DNA from: an uncultured Methanosarcinales archaeon
GTDB lineage: Archaea; Nanobdellota; Nanobdellia; Woesearchaeales; UBA12501
Reading direction: 5' to 3'
Length of the DNA stretch: 32,130 nt
NCBI GenBank assembly: GCA_964397315.1
Contig: CAYNHV010000017.1
Coordinates: forward strand, 1 to 32,130
The notes beneath the pieces are model-generated. The model saw only the letters and a program-made list of their open reading frames with translations, was not told the origin of the DNA and made no database searches. Made by a program: the position numbers and the translations under genes. How positions within the stretch are numbered: the stretch's first letter is position 1; each line of letters starts with the position of its first letter. Positions 1 to 9,237 of this stretch are shown here, piece after piece.

Positions 1-35
1 AAGAAGGAAAAAGCATATATTATTAAGAGTGTGAA

Positions 36-1199
36 CTAAATATCAACTTGAACAGAATCCTCAGAGCCAGCCTTCCTCACTGCCTCAGCCACTCTCTGCG
101 CAACTCCCTTATCAAGCGCGTAAGGAAGTATATTCTCTTTGCTTGGCTCTTCAACACAGCCTGCAAGGGCCTCGGCAGCAGCTATCTTCATGCCCTCTGT
201 TATCTCGTCTGCTCTTGCATCAAGAGCTCCCCTGAACACTCCCGGAAAAGCCAGAACATTGTTTATCTGGTTTGGAAAATCGCTTCTTCCTGTGGCCACT
301 ACTGCAGCGTCTGCCTCTTTTGCCTTATCAGGCATTATCTCAGGCTCGGGGTTTGCCATTGCAAAGATTATAGGCCCATCATTCATTGACTCAACCATCT
401 CTTTTGTGACCGCGCCTGCAACACTCAATCCAATGAACACGTCAGCATTATTCATTGCATCAGCAAGAGTCCTCGCTTCTGTCTCTGCAGAAAACTCCTC
501 CTTGTATCTGTTAAGCCCTTCTTTCCTTCCATTGTAGATGACACCCTTTGAATCACAAAGGACCATGCTTCCAGCTCCCCTGCTCATGAGTATCCTGGCC
601 ACTGCAATGCCTCCTGCTCCTGCTCCGTTGATCACGATCCTCGCATCGCTTAATCTTCTTCCTGTAACTTTCAGGGCATTGATCAGCGCAGCGAGAACAA
701 CAATGGCAGTTCCGTGCTGGTCGTCATGAAACACCGGAATGTCAAGCTCTTTCTTCAGCCTCTCCTCTATCTCAAAGCATCTTGGAGCAGAGATGTCCTC
801 AAGGTTTATGCCGCCGAACCCTGGAGCAATCCTCCTGACAGTCTCAATAATCTCATCACTGTCCTGCGTTGAGAGGCAGATGGGAAAAGCATCCACATTG
901 GCGAACTCCTTAAACAATATGCATTTGCCCTCCATGACAGGCATCGCAGCCTCAGGCCCTATGTTTCCCAAACCAAGAACAGCGCTTCCGTCAGTAACCA
1001 CAGCCACAAGATTGCCCTTGGAAGTGTATTCATAAACCTTTGATTTGTCCTTTGCTATCTCCCTGCACGGCTCCGCCACTCCAGGGGTGTAGGCTATTGA
1101 GAGGTCCTCCTTTGTCTTCAAGGGGCCGAACCTGCTGATGACAGAAATCTTGCCCTTCTTTTCCCTGTGCATTTCCAGGGATTTCCTGCTGTAGTCCAT
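36..1199 (-). CDS. NAD(P)-dependent malic enzyme (short MaeA/YtsJ-type)
   Basis: Motifs AYTPGVA, VTDGSAVLGLGNIG, PVMEGK, NLEDISAPRCF, FHDDQHGTA, GAGAGG, FAMANPEPEI, NNVLAFPG. Start moved to ATG 1199 (MDYSRK) because TTTATAAA lies at 1222-1229. Confidence 0.93.
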   Translation of the reverse strand: MDYSRKSLEMHREKKGKISVISRFGPLKTKEDLSIAYTPGVAEPCREIAKDKSKVYEYTSKGNLVAVVTDGSAVLGLGNIGPEAAMPVMEGKCILFKEFANVDAFPICLSTQDSDEIIETVRRIAPGFGGINLEDISAPRCFEIEERLKKELDIPVFHDDQHGTAIVVLAALINALKVTGRRLSDARIVINGAGAGGIAVARILMSRGAGSMVLCDSKGVIYNGRKEGLNRYKEEFSAETEARTLADAMNNADVFIGLSVAGAVTKEMVESMNDGPIIFAMANPEPEIMPDKAKEADAAVVATGRSDFPNQINNVLAFPGVFRGALDARADEITEGMKIAAAEALAGCVEEPSKENILPYALDKGVAQRVAEAVRKAGSEDSVQVDI

Positions 1200-1221
1200 G
1201 ACAGAGGAGGAAAACAGAGGA

Positions 1222-1229
1222 TTTATAAA
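1222..1229 (-). promoter_or_regulatory. Archaeal TATA box for the malic enzyme gene (probably leaderless transcript)
   Basis: TTTATAAA 23 nt upstream of ATG 1199; the same spacing occurs at several other genes in the window. Confidence 0.55.
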
Positions 1230-1320
1230 GTTAATTATTGCGGGCAATACACTCTCTACACGCCCCCTCATCTTGGGTAAAGCTTGTAAATACTGCTAAT
1301 ACGAGCTCTGAATTTAATAT

Positions 1321-1625
1321 CTCCTGATATCTCCACCGCCCTCATCACAGTTACAGATGGACAAATCCCGCCCTCCGTCCCCCTCACACATGCTCAGAGC
1401 ACCAACTCCACAGAGCGCTTTAAGCATAATACTGGGTGGGCTTATTGGAAGCAGAAGCAGAGAGTCGTGCTGTTCCAGAAGGTGTAAACCTGCTAAGTGG
1501 TTGTGCAGAAAGGGTGGGAAGTACCAGGAGTTATAAGCATAGGTCTATTACCCCTCAAGGAATTACCAGGAGTAACAATCATAAACAAATTCCTATATGG
1601 GCGGGAAGCATCATGAGCCATAAGC
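1321..1625 (+). repeat. Dispersed intergenic repeat family, copy 1 (conserved core plus three ~45-bp units)
   Basis: Shares ordered blocks CCTGATAT..CCGCCCTC, GCCCTCxGTCCCCC, AGAGCAC, GAGCGC, TGGGCTTATT, GTGCxGTTxCAGAA, AAACCTGC and GGGYGGGAAGYAYCAKGAG with 13845-14310 and 17283-17775. Confidence 0.8.
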
Positions 1626-1655
1626 GCAAGAACATCAACATTTCAGAGCCTGTCA

Positions 1656-3362
1656 TCACATCCTCTCAAGGTATTCAATACCAAGAAGGTCCAGGCTGTT
1701 GGCAATAACCTGCTTTACTCCCTTCAGCAGGAAAAGCCTTGCCTTTTTCGTCTTCTCATCCTTTATGCTGAGCACAGGCACGCTCTGGTAGAATGTGTTG
1801 AATGCCTGGCAGAGTCTTATGAGATAGTTGGCCAAAACATGGGGCCTCATCTGCTCTGCTGACTCTCTTATTATATGGGGGAAGTCGTAGAGAAGCCTTA
1901 TGAGGATCTCCTCGCTCTCGTGCTTCAGCAGCCTGCAGTCAGCTCTTGAGCCTGTCCTCTTTCCGTGCTTTCTCAGTATGGAGCATGTCCTCGCGTAGGT
2001 GTACTGCACGTAAGGCCCGGTCTCGCCCTCAAAGCTTATTGACTCCTCAGGGTTGTAGGTCATGTCCTTGGCAATGTCTGTCTTTGCAAAGTGGAACTTC
2101 AGCGCTCCCATGCCTATCACTTTTGCCCTCTTTTTCGCCTCTGCCTTTTTTATCCTGCTGTCCCTCCTGAGTATCTCCTTCTCTGCCACCTTTTCCATCT
2201 CATCTATCATGTCGTCAGCGTCAACAACACTGCCCTCTCTTGATTTCATCCTTCCGTGAGGAAGGTAGACCATGCCGTAGCTGAGGTGCACGAGCTTTCC
2301 CTCTTTCGCCCACTTGTAGCCGAGCATGTCCAGTATCGCGAACAGCTGCCTGAAGTGCATGTTCTGCTCTGAGGCCACAACATAGAGTGACCTGTCCAGC
2401 CTGAAGTCGCTGAACTTCTTCCGGACCAGGTAGATGTCCTGTGTCATGTATATTGAGGTGCCGTCAGGCCTGAGGAGTATCTTTTCAGGAAGGCTGTAGC
2501 TGCTGAGGTCTGCCTTCACCGCCCCGTTCTCCTCTCTGGTGAAAATGCCCTTTTTCAGTCCCCTGAGCACTATGTCCTTTCCCTTGTTGTAGAAATCGCT
2601 CTCATAATAGTGCTTGTCAAAGCTGACCCCCATCCTTTCATATGTCTCTTCAAACCCGTCATACGCCCAGGCGTTCATGAGCTTCCACAGCTCCACTGCC
2701 TCTTTGTCTCCTTTCTCCCATTTTGCCAGCATCTCCTTTGCCTCTTCCTCAAGCTTGGGGTTTTTCCCGGCCTCATGGTTGAACAGCACATAAAAGTCTC
2801 CGACAAAATGGTCAGGCTTTTTCTTTTCCTGCCAGGGCTTCTTTCCCTTCCCGAATTTCCTGTATGCGAGCATTGACTTGCAGATGTGAATGCCCCGGTC
2901 ATTGTTGAGGTTGGCCCTGACAACCCTGTCTCCGAGGAACTTGAGAGTGTTTGACACTGAATCGCCTATCACTATGTTCCTGATGTGGCCCAGGTGCAGG
3001 GGCTTGTTGGTGTTCGGAGAGGGAAACTCCACCATGACCTTCTCCTTCTTTTTCCTTGTCCTTCCGAAACTGCCCTTCTCCTTTGCTATGCCCTTCAGCA
3101 CAGAGTCTGCCATCTTCTGCTTGTTTATGAAGAAGTTGATGTACGCGCCCTTTACCTCAATCCTTGAGACTGGCTGCTTCAGCTCCAGCTTTCTCACAAG
3201 CTCCTGGGCTATCTCCTGAGGGCTTTTCCTGAGCTTCTTTGCAAGAGAGAAGCACGGAAGGGAGTAGTCTCCGAGTTCAGGCTGGGGAGGCGTCTCAATC
3301 ATTGACCCATCTACATCCACCTCTTTCCTCAGAAGATTTATCACCTTTTTCCTGTAATCCAT
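1656..3362 (-). CDS. argS: Arginine--tRNA ligase
   Basis: EFPSPNTNKPLHLGHIRN (HIGH), YVVASEQ, MKSREG (KMSKS equivalent), GETGPYVQYTYAR, C-terminal LERM. Confidence 0.97.
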   Translation of the reverse strand: MDYRKKVINLLRKEVDVDGSMIETPPQPELGDYSLPCFSLAKKLRKSPQEIAQELVRKLELKQPVSRIEVKGAYINFFINKQKMADSVLKGIAKEKGSFGRTRKKKEKVMVEFPSPNTNKPLHLGHIRNIVIGDSVSNTLKFLGDRVVRANLNNDRGIHICKSMLAYRKFGKGKKPWQEKKKPDHFVGDFYVLFNHEAGKNPKLEEEAKEMLAKWEKGDKEAVELWKLMNAWAYDGFEETYERMGVSFDKHYYESDFYNKGKDIVLRGLKKGIFTREENGAVKADLSSYSLPEKILLRPDGTSIYMTQDIYLVRKKFSDFRLDRSLYVVASEQNMHFRQLFAILDMLGYKWAKEGKLVHLSYGMVYLPHGRMKSREGSVVDADDMIDEMEKVAEKEILRRDSRIKKAEAKKRAKVIGMGALKFHFAKTDIAKDMTYNPEESISFEGETGPYVQYTYARTCSILRKHGKRTGSRADCRLLKHESEEILIRLLYDFPHIIRESAEQMRPHVLANYLIRLCQAFNTFYQSVPVLSIKDEKTKKARLFLLKGVKQVIANSLDLLGIEYLERM

Positions 3363-3366
3363 ATGC

Positions 3367-3690
3367 TCACTTCCTGTTTTTCCTGCTCCCTGCCTTGCTG
3401 GATTTGTCTTTCTTTCTGTTCTTCTCTTTTTCTTTCTCTTCCTCTTTCTCCTTTAGATTGTCAATCTTGCGCTCAACCCTTGCGAGGGATTCCTCAATCC
3501 TCTTTATCTCCCTGTTCATGCGCCTGAAAAGCCTTCTGTTCCTCTTGTAAGCGTATATCCTCCAGATAAAGAGTATTATGTAAAGCCCGAAGATCCCTCC
3601 CACGAAGACGCTGACAATGCTCATCAGCCTCTTTATTGTTTCAGCAACAGGATCAAGGACAGTTATTGTAGTGTTGACATCCATTTGCAT
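3367..3690 (-). CDS. Single-pass membrane protein with coiled-coil and basic tail, function unknown
   Basis: One TM segment (IVSVFVGGIFGLYIILFIW) followed by a coiled coil; ends 4 nt before the argS start. Confidence 0.75.
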   Translation of the reverse strand: MQMDVNTTITVLDPVAETIKRLMSIVSVFVGGIFGLYIILFIWRIYAYKRNRRLFRRMNREIKRIEESLARVERKIDNLKEKEEEKEKEKNRKKDKSSKAGSRKNRK

Positions 3691-3734
3691 CAAGAAACAC
3701 GAAGAATTTATTAAATTTATGCCTGCAGGTGATG

Positions 3735-3929
3735 TTATTGAGCAGGGTCTTCCTCAGGCCCTGTCTTCTCCTCAATCATGTCCTTTAGCTTTCTCGCGTC
3801 GCTTTCAACCTTCACAAGAAGCGAGGGGTCAGCGAAGTGCTCTTTGGCGCACTCATCGCAATAGTATTCAGAGGAGCCCTTTATGCAACGGTCCGCCTCG
3901 CTCCCGCATATCGTGCATTTCTTGGCCAT
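3735..3929 (-). CDS. Small zinc-finger protein
   Basis: CTIC...C...YYCDEC..H pattern in 64 aa; TTTAAA boxes upstream. Confidence 0.75.
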   Translation of the reverse strand: MAKKCTICGSEADRCIKGSSEYYCDECAKEHFADPSLLVKVESDARKLKDMIEEKTGPEEDPAQ

Positions 3930-4024
3930 AATGGTTTAAAAAAGATTTCTCTTTAAAAAGTTTTTTGTTATCAGGGCTTACAAAAGCGTTATTCAGGCTT
4001 TTCAGAAAGAGTGCATGAAGGGAA

Positions 4025-4612
4025 TCATGCTTTCTTGTTCAGCTCAATCTGGGAGATGACCATTGCAACAGGCCCCAGGAGTATCCACAGCACAAAAAGG
4101 AGTATGCTGTTGAAGCCTGTGAGCTCGTTTATTGCCTTGCTGTACTTCCAGTAGTAGTATATCATCACAATCATGCCCACAGGAGGGAGTATTAGTGTGA
4201 GAAGGAGCCAGGGGTTTGGGGCAGAGCTTGTGGAGCTCCTGAGCTCTTTTGTCGTGGAAACAACCCAGTATATGCCGTATATGCCAAGTGTTATTATGCA
4301 GAAGATGAGCACCAGAAAGGGGTTTCTCCTCTTGATGGCCTTGGCTGGCTTGCTGGACTGCCCGCCTGTCTCCTCAGGCCCTTTTTCTACAGGCTTCTGC
4401 TGTTTCCCCTCAGAAGGCTTTTGAGGCTGGGAGGGCTGAGCCTCTTTTGCTGCCTTTTCCTCCTGTTTTTTGGCTGCCTCTGCCTCTTTCAGCGCCTTTT
4501 TAACCTCAGAAGAAGGCCATCCCTCCTTGACAAGCGCTTTCTTGATCTCCTTTTCTGAGAACCCTCTCTTTTCTGTGTTCTTTATGTAGTCCAAAAGCCT
4601 CTGGTCTGCCAT
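4025..4612 (-). CDS. DUF4234-like membrane protein with N-terminal helical domain
   Basis: RRNPFLVLIFCIITLGIYGIYW typical of DUF4234; three TM helices; N-terminus LLDYIK..KRGFSEKEIKKALVKEGW. Start ATG 4612 or 4636. Confidence 0.8.
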   Translation of the reverse strand: MADQRLLDYIKNTEKRGFSEKEIKKALVKEGWPSSEVKKALKEAEAAKKQEEKAAKEAQPSQPQKPSEGKQQKPVEKGPEETGGQSSKPAKAIKRRNPFLVLIFCIITLGIYGIYWVVSTTKELRSSTSSAPNPWLLLTLILPPVGMIVMIYYYWKYSKAINELTGFNSILLFVLWILLGPVAMVISQIELNKKA

Positions 4613-4717
4613 TGGGCCATGCTTTGAGAACTTCATTTAAATAATTTCTTTTTCACTCCAGAGAAATAACTTATAAACAGCCTGCGCAGGCAGGAATTGC
4701 GAATAAGGTGCAGGATA

Positions 4718-4737
4718 AACTTCCGGAAGTTCCGGAA
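4718..4737. promoter_or_regulatory. Candidate operator: perfect palindrome AACTTCCGGAAGTT overlapping a second TTCCGGAA
   Basis: Lies between the divergent DUF4234 and Lrp/AsnC genes; another palindrome GCCTGCGCAGGC at 4680-4691. Confidence 0.4.
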
Positions 4738-4792
4738 ATATTCCTGTTTTTTTACAGTAAAGCTTAAAAATAATAAAAAAGACCTAATCCTC

Positions 4793-5227
4793 ATGAGAAC
4801 CACCCTCACAAAGCCCCACAGGAAAGTTCTCAACTTCCTGCGGAGGAACGCAAGAGTAAAGAAATCAGAGATAGCAAAGGAGACAGGCATGCCTGCCTCC
4901 ACAGTGGCATCATCCATCAGGGCGATAGAGAGGAGGCTGGGAGCAAGGTACTCCTCAATAATCAACTGCAGGCTGCTCGGCTTCAGCACAAGGGCCATGT
5001 TTGTCATAAACGCGAAAGACTCTCTGGCGCTTGACTTTCTGAAAGACCATGAGGGCGTCAACACCATAAACAGGATAGACAATGATAACATCTTCCTGGT
5101 TGAGTGCATGTTTAGGGGCATGAAGGAGATGGCAGAGTTCACAGAGGACATAAGGGACATGGGCGGGGAAGTGGAAAAGGAGTTCCACGTGATTGAGGAC
5201 CTCAAGAGAGAGGAGTTTGAGGTCTGA
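4793..5227 (+). CDS. Lrp/AsnC family transcriptional regulator
   Basis: HTH LRRNARVKKSEIAKETGMPASTV followed by a RAM-like domain; ATG 4793 (MRTTL) preferred to the TTG start of the ORF track. Confidence 0.85.
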   Translation: MRTTLTKPHRKVLNFLRRNARVKKSEIAKETGMPASTVASSIRAIERRLGARYSSIINCRLLGFSTRAMFVINAKDSLALDFLKDHEGVNTINRIDNDNIFLVECMFRGMKEMAEFTEDIRDMGGEVEKEFHVIEDLKREEFEV

Positions 5228-5264
5228 AAAGATTATGTGGGCTTGATGGTTTCTTTATTTTTCT

Positions 5265-5427
5265 TGTCAAAAACCACCTGTCAGAGACCGGTGGCATGAA
5301 GCGAAAGCTTCATTCTCATTCTTTATTGACCTGTGGTTTTTGAGCATGCTCAGAAATATACCCTCTGCGGATATGCCTTTGTGGACTTTGTCCACTGGTT
5401 AAATAAACCAGTGGTATATTTTTGACA
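5265..5427. mobile_element. 163-bp non-autonomous palindromic element (MITE/PATE-like), copy A
   Basis: Identical to 17312-17474 except two positions; ends TGTCAAAAA...TTTTTGACA; central palindrome GAGCATGCTC; two large hairpins; no convincing ORF. Confidence 0.75.
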
Positions 5428-5433
5428 TATTAA

Positions 5434-5600
5434 GAGCAACAACCTTCAAGATGCTTAAAGCACCAAGCTCGCCAGACAGGAGCACACTTATTATCTCTAA
5501 GGGAGGGAAGAAGCAGGCGCAAGCCTTCAATGTTGGGCGGGTTGTTTCCAGAGGGGATATAAAGAGGCAATATTTCCCAGAAGAATATACCATGATGAAA
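5434..5600 (+). repeat. Possible degenerate copy of the dispersed repeat family
   Basis: ATGCTTAAAGCACCAA (5451-5466) vs ATGCTCAGAGCACCAA (1390-1405); GAGCAC, GGGAGGGAAG, GGGCGGG and GTTTCCAGA blocks; follows the MITE as most of copy 3 does. Confidence 0.4.
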
Positions 5601-5638
5601 CACCCAGATTAATCCCATGGAAAGGGATAACAAACAAT

Positions 5639-7591
5639 CTACTCCAGGCATGTTGTTGCAGGAGGCTTGTCAGTGACATCAATGAGAAAAGAGCCTATGT
5701 GATCACTATACCTGCACTTGAGAGCAAGAGCGATGTTCTCAAGACATTCCCATGTCATCCTCACAGGATGTCGGCCTCTCCCCCTCTCAATCTCGTGATA
5801 GGGAATATGAAGGGGCTCTATGGGTGACACGGTCATGAAATCGTCAGTATGCACTGCCCTGAGCACAGCAGCCCTCTTGCCGTTGTTGTAGATGTCAGCT
5901 CCTATGACAGGCACTATTGTCTGGCTTATGTCCTTTTCAAATCCGTAACTGCTTATTATCTCTCTTGCAGTGCTGTCCACCTCCTTGAACAGCCAGGATG
6001 TCTCGTCATTAACCCTTGTCTTTTTCCTGCCTTCAGTGTATTTCTGCTCTATGTTATGAGGGTCAACCTCATAGAACACCCTGTTGACGTCATGCAGCTC
6101 TTTTGGGATCCTCTTTGTGGCTTCCCTTATGAGACTCCAGTCCTTTTCCCCCCTGAGCAGGGCTGAGAATGAGTATGTCCTTCCGTCTCCCTGCACTCCC
6201 ACTGTCTTCACAGGAAGAAGATAGCCCTCAATGCTTCCCCCTGCCCCGCTCTCTCTTGCTATGTCCTCAACCAGCCTGTTCACTTTCCTGCTGAGGCTCC
6301 TGAACTTATGCCTCCCGTAGATGTGCCAGTGCCAGGGCCTCCACGCGTCAACAACCCTTATTGCATAACCAGGGCCGGGATAAGGCTGCCTGCTGTAAAT
6401 GTTCTCAGGAAGGCCTATCTCCTCAGCAGCCTTTCTCACCTCATCCTTGAATATAAGCCTGTTGGGCTCAACAATCATCCCCTTCTTCCTTAACTGCTCA
6501 ACAAGACCCTTCCTGCCCCCTATGTTGTGATGGGTCTTTATGGTGTCAGCCTTGTTGCCGATGCCTTTTCCGCTCTCTATGAGGTCAGTGTAAAGACTGC
6601 CCATGGCAAGATAGGTGTCATCAGGATCAAGCCCTATCTCTCTTATGACTTCATTCTGTATGTCAATGAAAAGATCTGCCACCCTTTTTCTTTTCATCTC
6701 TGGATCGCTGCAGTCCTTTACAGCATCAATGAATCTCTGCTCTGCCCTCACGACCCTGAGGTATATTCCTGCATTAGTGAGGCTTTCAACAACCTCCTCT
6801 GTCTCGTTCCTTCTCATCAGCCCCTCAATGTAGATGCAGTGCACCTTCTCAGGCTCAAGAGTGTCTGATATCAGCTTTGCCACATATGAGGAATCCACGC
6901 CTCCGCTGGCAAAGACAATAACGTGACTGTCCCCCACAGTGTCCATCACATACTTTTTTGACTCTTCAATGAAATTGGCTGGTGTCCAGTCCCTGCTGCA
7001 GCCGCAGATGTCAACAAAGTTGGACATTATCAGGGAGCCCATTGGAGTGTGGGTGACTTCAGGATGGAACTGCAGGCCGTAAATCCTTCTGCTGTCATCA
7101 GCCATTCCCGCAACGTGGTGCTTTGTCCATGCTATGGGTCCGAATCCGGGGGCGAGATTCTCCCTGTCCACGCTGTCTCCGTGGCTCATCCACCCGGTTA
7201 TCCCATCCTCAAGGCCCCTGAATAATCCATGATCATTGTCAACACTGATTCCTGTCTCGCCATACTCCTTCACCACATTATTGCCATGGAGCAGGCTGCC
7301 TCCAAGAAGGTGGTTTTCCAGCTGCATGCCGTAGCATAAGCCAAGCACAGGAACATCCAGGTCAAAGATCCTTCTGTCTATTGACGGAGCCCCCTTATCA
7401 TAAGCGCTTGCCGGGCCTCCTGAGAGTATGATCCCCTTCAGCTTCCCTTCATTCACCTGCTTCTCAAGCTCGCTTACGCTGTAATCATTGGGTATTATCT
7501 CAGAGAAAACATTACATTTCCTCACAGACTTGGCTATGAGCTGGGTGTACTGGCCCCCGAAGTCAACAACAGCAATCTTCTCCTCAAGCAT
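5639..7591 (-). CDS. guaA: GMP synthase (glutamine-hydrolysing), fused long form
   Basis: VDFGGQYTQLI, GLCYGMQ (catalytic Cys), QFHPE, SGGVDS, IKTHHN, FKDEVR, RQPYPGPG, VGVQGDGRTY, C-terminal DVTDKPPATT. Start ATG 7591 (MLEEK). Confidence 0.95.
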   Translation of the reverse strand: MLEEKIAVVDFGGQYTQLIAKSVRKCNVFSEIIPNDYSVSELEKQVNEGKLKGIILSGGPASAYDKGAPSIDRRIFDLDVPVLGLCYGMQLENHLLGGSLLHGNNVVKEYGETGISVDNDHGLFRGLEDGITGWMSHGDSVDRENLAPGFGPIAWTKHHVAGMADDSRRIYGLQFHPEVTHTPMGSLIMSNFVDICGCSRDWTPANFIEESKKYVMDTVGDSHVIVFASGGVDSSYVAKLISDTLEPEKVHCIYIEGLMRRNETEEVVESLTNAGIYLRVVRAEQRFIDAVKDCSDPEMKRKRVADLFIDIQNEVIREIGLDPDDTYLAMGSLYTDLIESGKGIGNKADTIKTHHNIGGRKGLVEQLRKKGMIVEPNRLIFKDEVRKAAEEIGLPENIYSRQPYPGPGYAIRVVDAWRPWHWHIYGRHKFRSLSRKVNRLVEDIARESGAGGSIEGYLLPVKTVGVQGDGRTYSFSALLRGEKDWSLIREATKRIPKELHDVNRVFYEVDPHNIEQKYTEGRKKTRVNDETSWLFKEVDSTAREIISSYGFEKDISQTIVPVIGADIYNNGKRAAVLRAVHTDDFMTVSPIEPLHIPYHEIERGRGRHPVRMTWECLENIALALKCRYSDHIGSFLIDVTDKPPATTCLE

Positions 7592-7734
7592 GAAGGAAGA
7601 AGGGCATGAGAGTATAAATATTTTTCCCGGGCAGTATAATGACCGAACCGGGACAAAATCATAAAGAGACCATAAAGATGGCTGCAATCGCCTGGCTGAA
7701 CCCTGAAGGCATGACTCATCCGGAATCAGGAGGG

Positions 7735-9228
7735 TTATTGAACAATGAACCCGTCAATCTCGTCAAGGAACTCCCTGACATACCTCATCTTATACCTGCT
7801 CTCTGCAAAAACAGTGTAGATGACATCCCCCTTCTTCACCATCTCCCCTTTTTTCTTCCACAGCATCACTCCGGCTCCCTTGTCATTTGGGCATCCTGCC
7901 AGCCTTGCGATCCTCGCTATTGAAGTGTTGCTGATGTGCTTCACCCTTCCGCTCTTCTTTGCCTTCACCCTCAACCTCTGCTTTCCAAGCCTTATCTTTC
8001 TCTCATCAAGAGCTCTGGCTCCCTGGGACTTTATTATCTCAACAAACTTCCTGTAAGCCTCTCCTGAATCAAGTGTTTCCCTGGCCTTGCCATAACCCTT
8101 TTCCCTGCCTGCCCTGCCTGTCATCTCAAGCACCCTGCCTGCCATGTCAAGGGATTTCTCCCTGAGGTCTTCAGGAGCCCTCTTGTTGCCCTTCAGCACC
8201 CACAGCACGTCCCTTGCCTCAAGAGCAGGCCCTATGCCGTTTCCAACAGGCTGGGAGCCGTCTGTTATTATCACCTTTACCCTCATCCCCAGCTCTTTCG
8301 CAACCTTTTCAAACTGGCGCTTGAGATGCCTTGCATCTTTCCTTGTGCCAATCTTAGCGTCCTTTCCCACAGGGATGTCTATTATTACGTGCGTGGCTGA
8401 AACAGAGCCTTTTTTTGCCATTATTGACGCGAGAAGCTGGCCTTCAGAGTCAATGCTCAGGGGATGCTCCACATTTATTATTGTGTCATCAGCAGGAGCC
8501 AGGTCAACTGCTCCGCCCCACACCATGCAGGCCCCTGTCTTCTCCACCACCTTTTTTATGTCAGGCAGTGCAAGAGACACGTTTGCCAGCACCTCCATTG
8601 TATCTGCCGTGCCTGCAGGCGATGTTATTGAGCGGGAGCTTGTCTTTGGAACAATGAGGCCAGCTGCCGCGAGTATGGGCACGATGATCATTGTTGTCCT
8701 GTTGCCCGCAACCCCTCCGATGCAGTGCTTGTCTATTATGGTCTTCCTGCCCAGCTTAAGCATGTCTCCAGTGTATATCATTGCCTTTGTGAGGTTCACT
8801 ATCTCCCTCATGCTCATGCCTTTTGTGTAGTTTGCAGCCACGTAGTAGGTGAGCTCTATTGTTGTCACTGCATTGCTGACTGTGTCATCTATTATCCTCT
8901 TTATCTCCCTGTAATTAAGCTCCTTGCCGTCAAGCTTTTTTCTTATGTAGCCTACAGAAGGGGGCTTGCCCTCTATGGAGATGGACGCTTCATCGCCTTC
9001 TTCTGCGCCAAGGCCTGAGAGAACCTCCTCAAAAAGCCCTATGCTTCCGGAAGGCACTGCTTTTTCTGACTCTGCAAAATCAACAACAGCGATAGCCTCC
9101 TTCCTTCCCTTCTTGAGCTTTATCCTGTCAGAAAGATGAAGGTCCAGCATGAGGGCGTCATTCTCGTTCATGACAGCCACAAGAGGGCCTCCTGTTGCAA
9201 CGTCCATGTCCTTTACTTTGAACTTCAC
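7735..9228 (-). CDS. AMP phosphorylase (archaeal thymidine-phosphorylase family)
   Basis: N-terminal extension typical of AMP phosphorylase, DKHCIGGVAGNRTT, PKTSSRSITSPAGTAD, GIGPALEA; 497 aa. Confidence 0.92.
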   Translation of the reverse strand: MKFKVKDMDVATGGPLVAVMNENDALMLDLHLSDRIKLKKGRKEAIAVVDFAESEKAVPSGSIGLFEEVLSGLGAEEGDEASISIEGKPPSVGYIRKKLDGKELNYREIKRIIDDTVSNAVTTIELTYYVAANYTKGMSMREIVNLTKAMIYTGDMLKLGRKTIIDKHCIGGVAGNRTTMIIVPILAAAGLIVPKTSSRSITSPAGTADTMEVLANVSLALPDIKKVVEKTGACMVWGGAVDLAPADDTIINVEHPLSIDSEGQLLASIMAKKGSVSATHVIIDIPVGKDAKIGTRKDARHLKRQFEKVAKELGMRVKVIITDGSQPVGNGIGPALEARDVLWVLKGNKRAPEDLREKSLDMAGRVLEMTGRAGREKGYGKARETLDSGEAYRKFVEIIKSQGARALDERKIRLGKQRLRVKAKKSGRVKHISNTSIARIARLAGCPNDKGAGVMLWKKKGEMVKKGDVIYTVFAESRYKMRYVREFLDEIDGFIVQ

Positions 9229-9237
9229 AGGATCACC

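Noticed and set aside
1470..1492. ORB (origin recognition box) similarity in GTTCCAGAAGG...AAAC
   Set aside because: Only a partial match, no G-string at the expected spacing, no adjacent orc1/cdc6 gene, and the motif is dispersed.
8144..8830. Long antisense ORFs (also 18139-18837, 27273-27815, 30309-31070, 4633-5205)
   Set aside because: Shadow frames opposite well-supported genes, with Ser/Pro/Phe-rich composition expected from the sense-strand codon bias.
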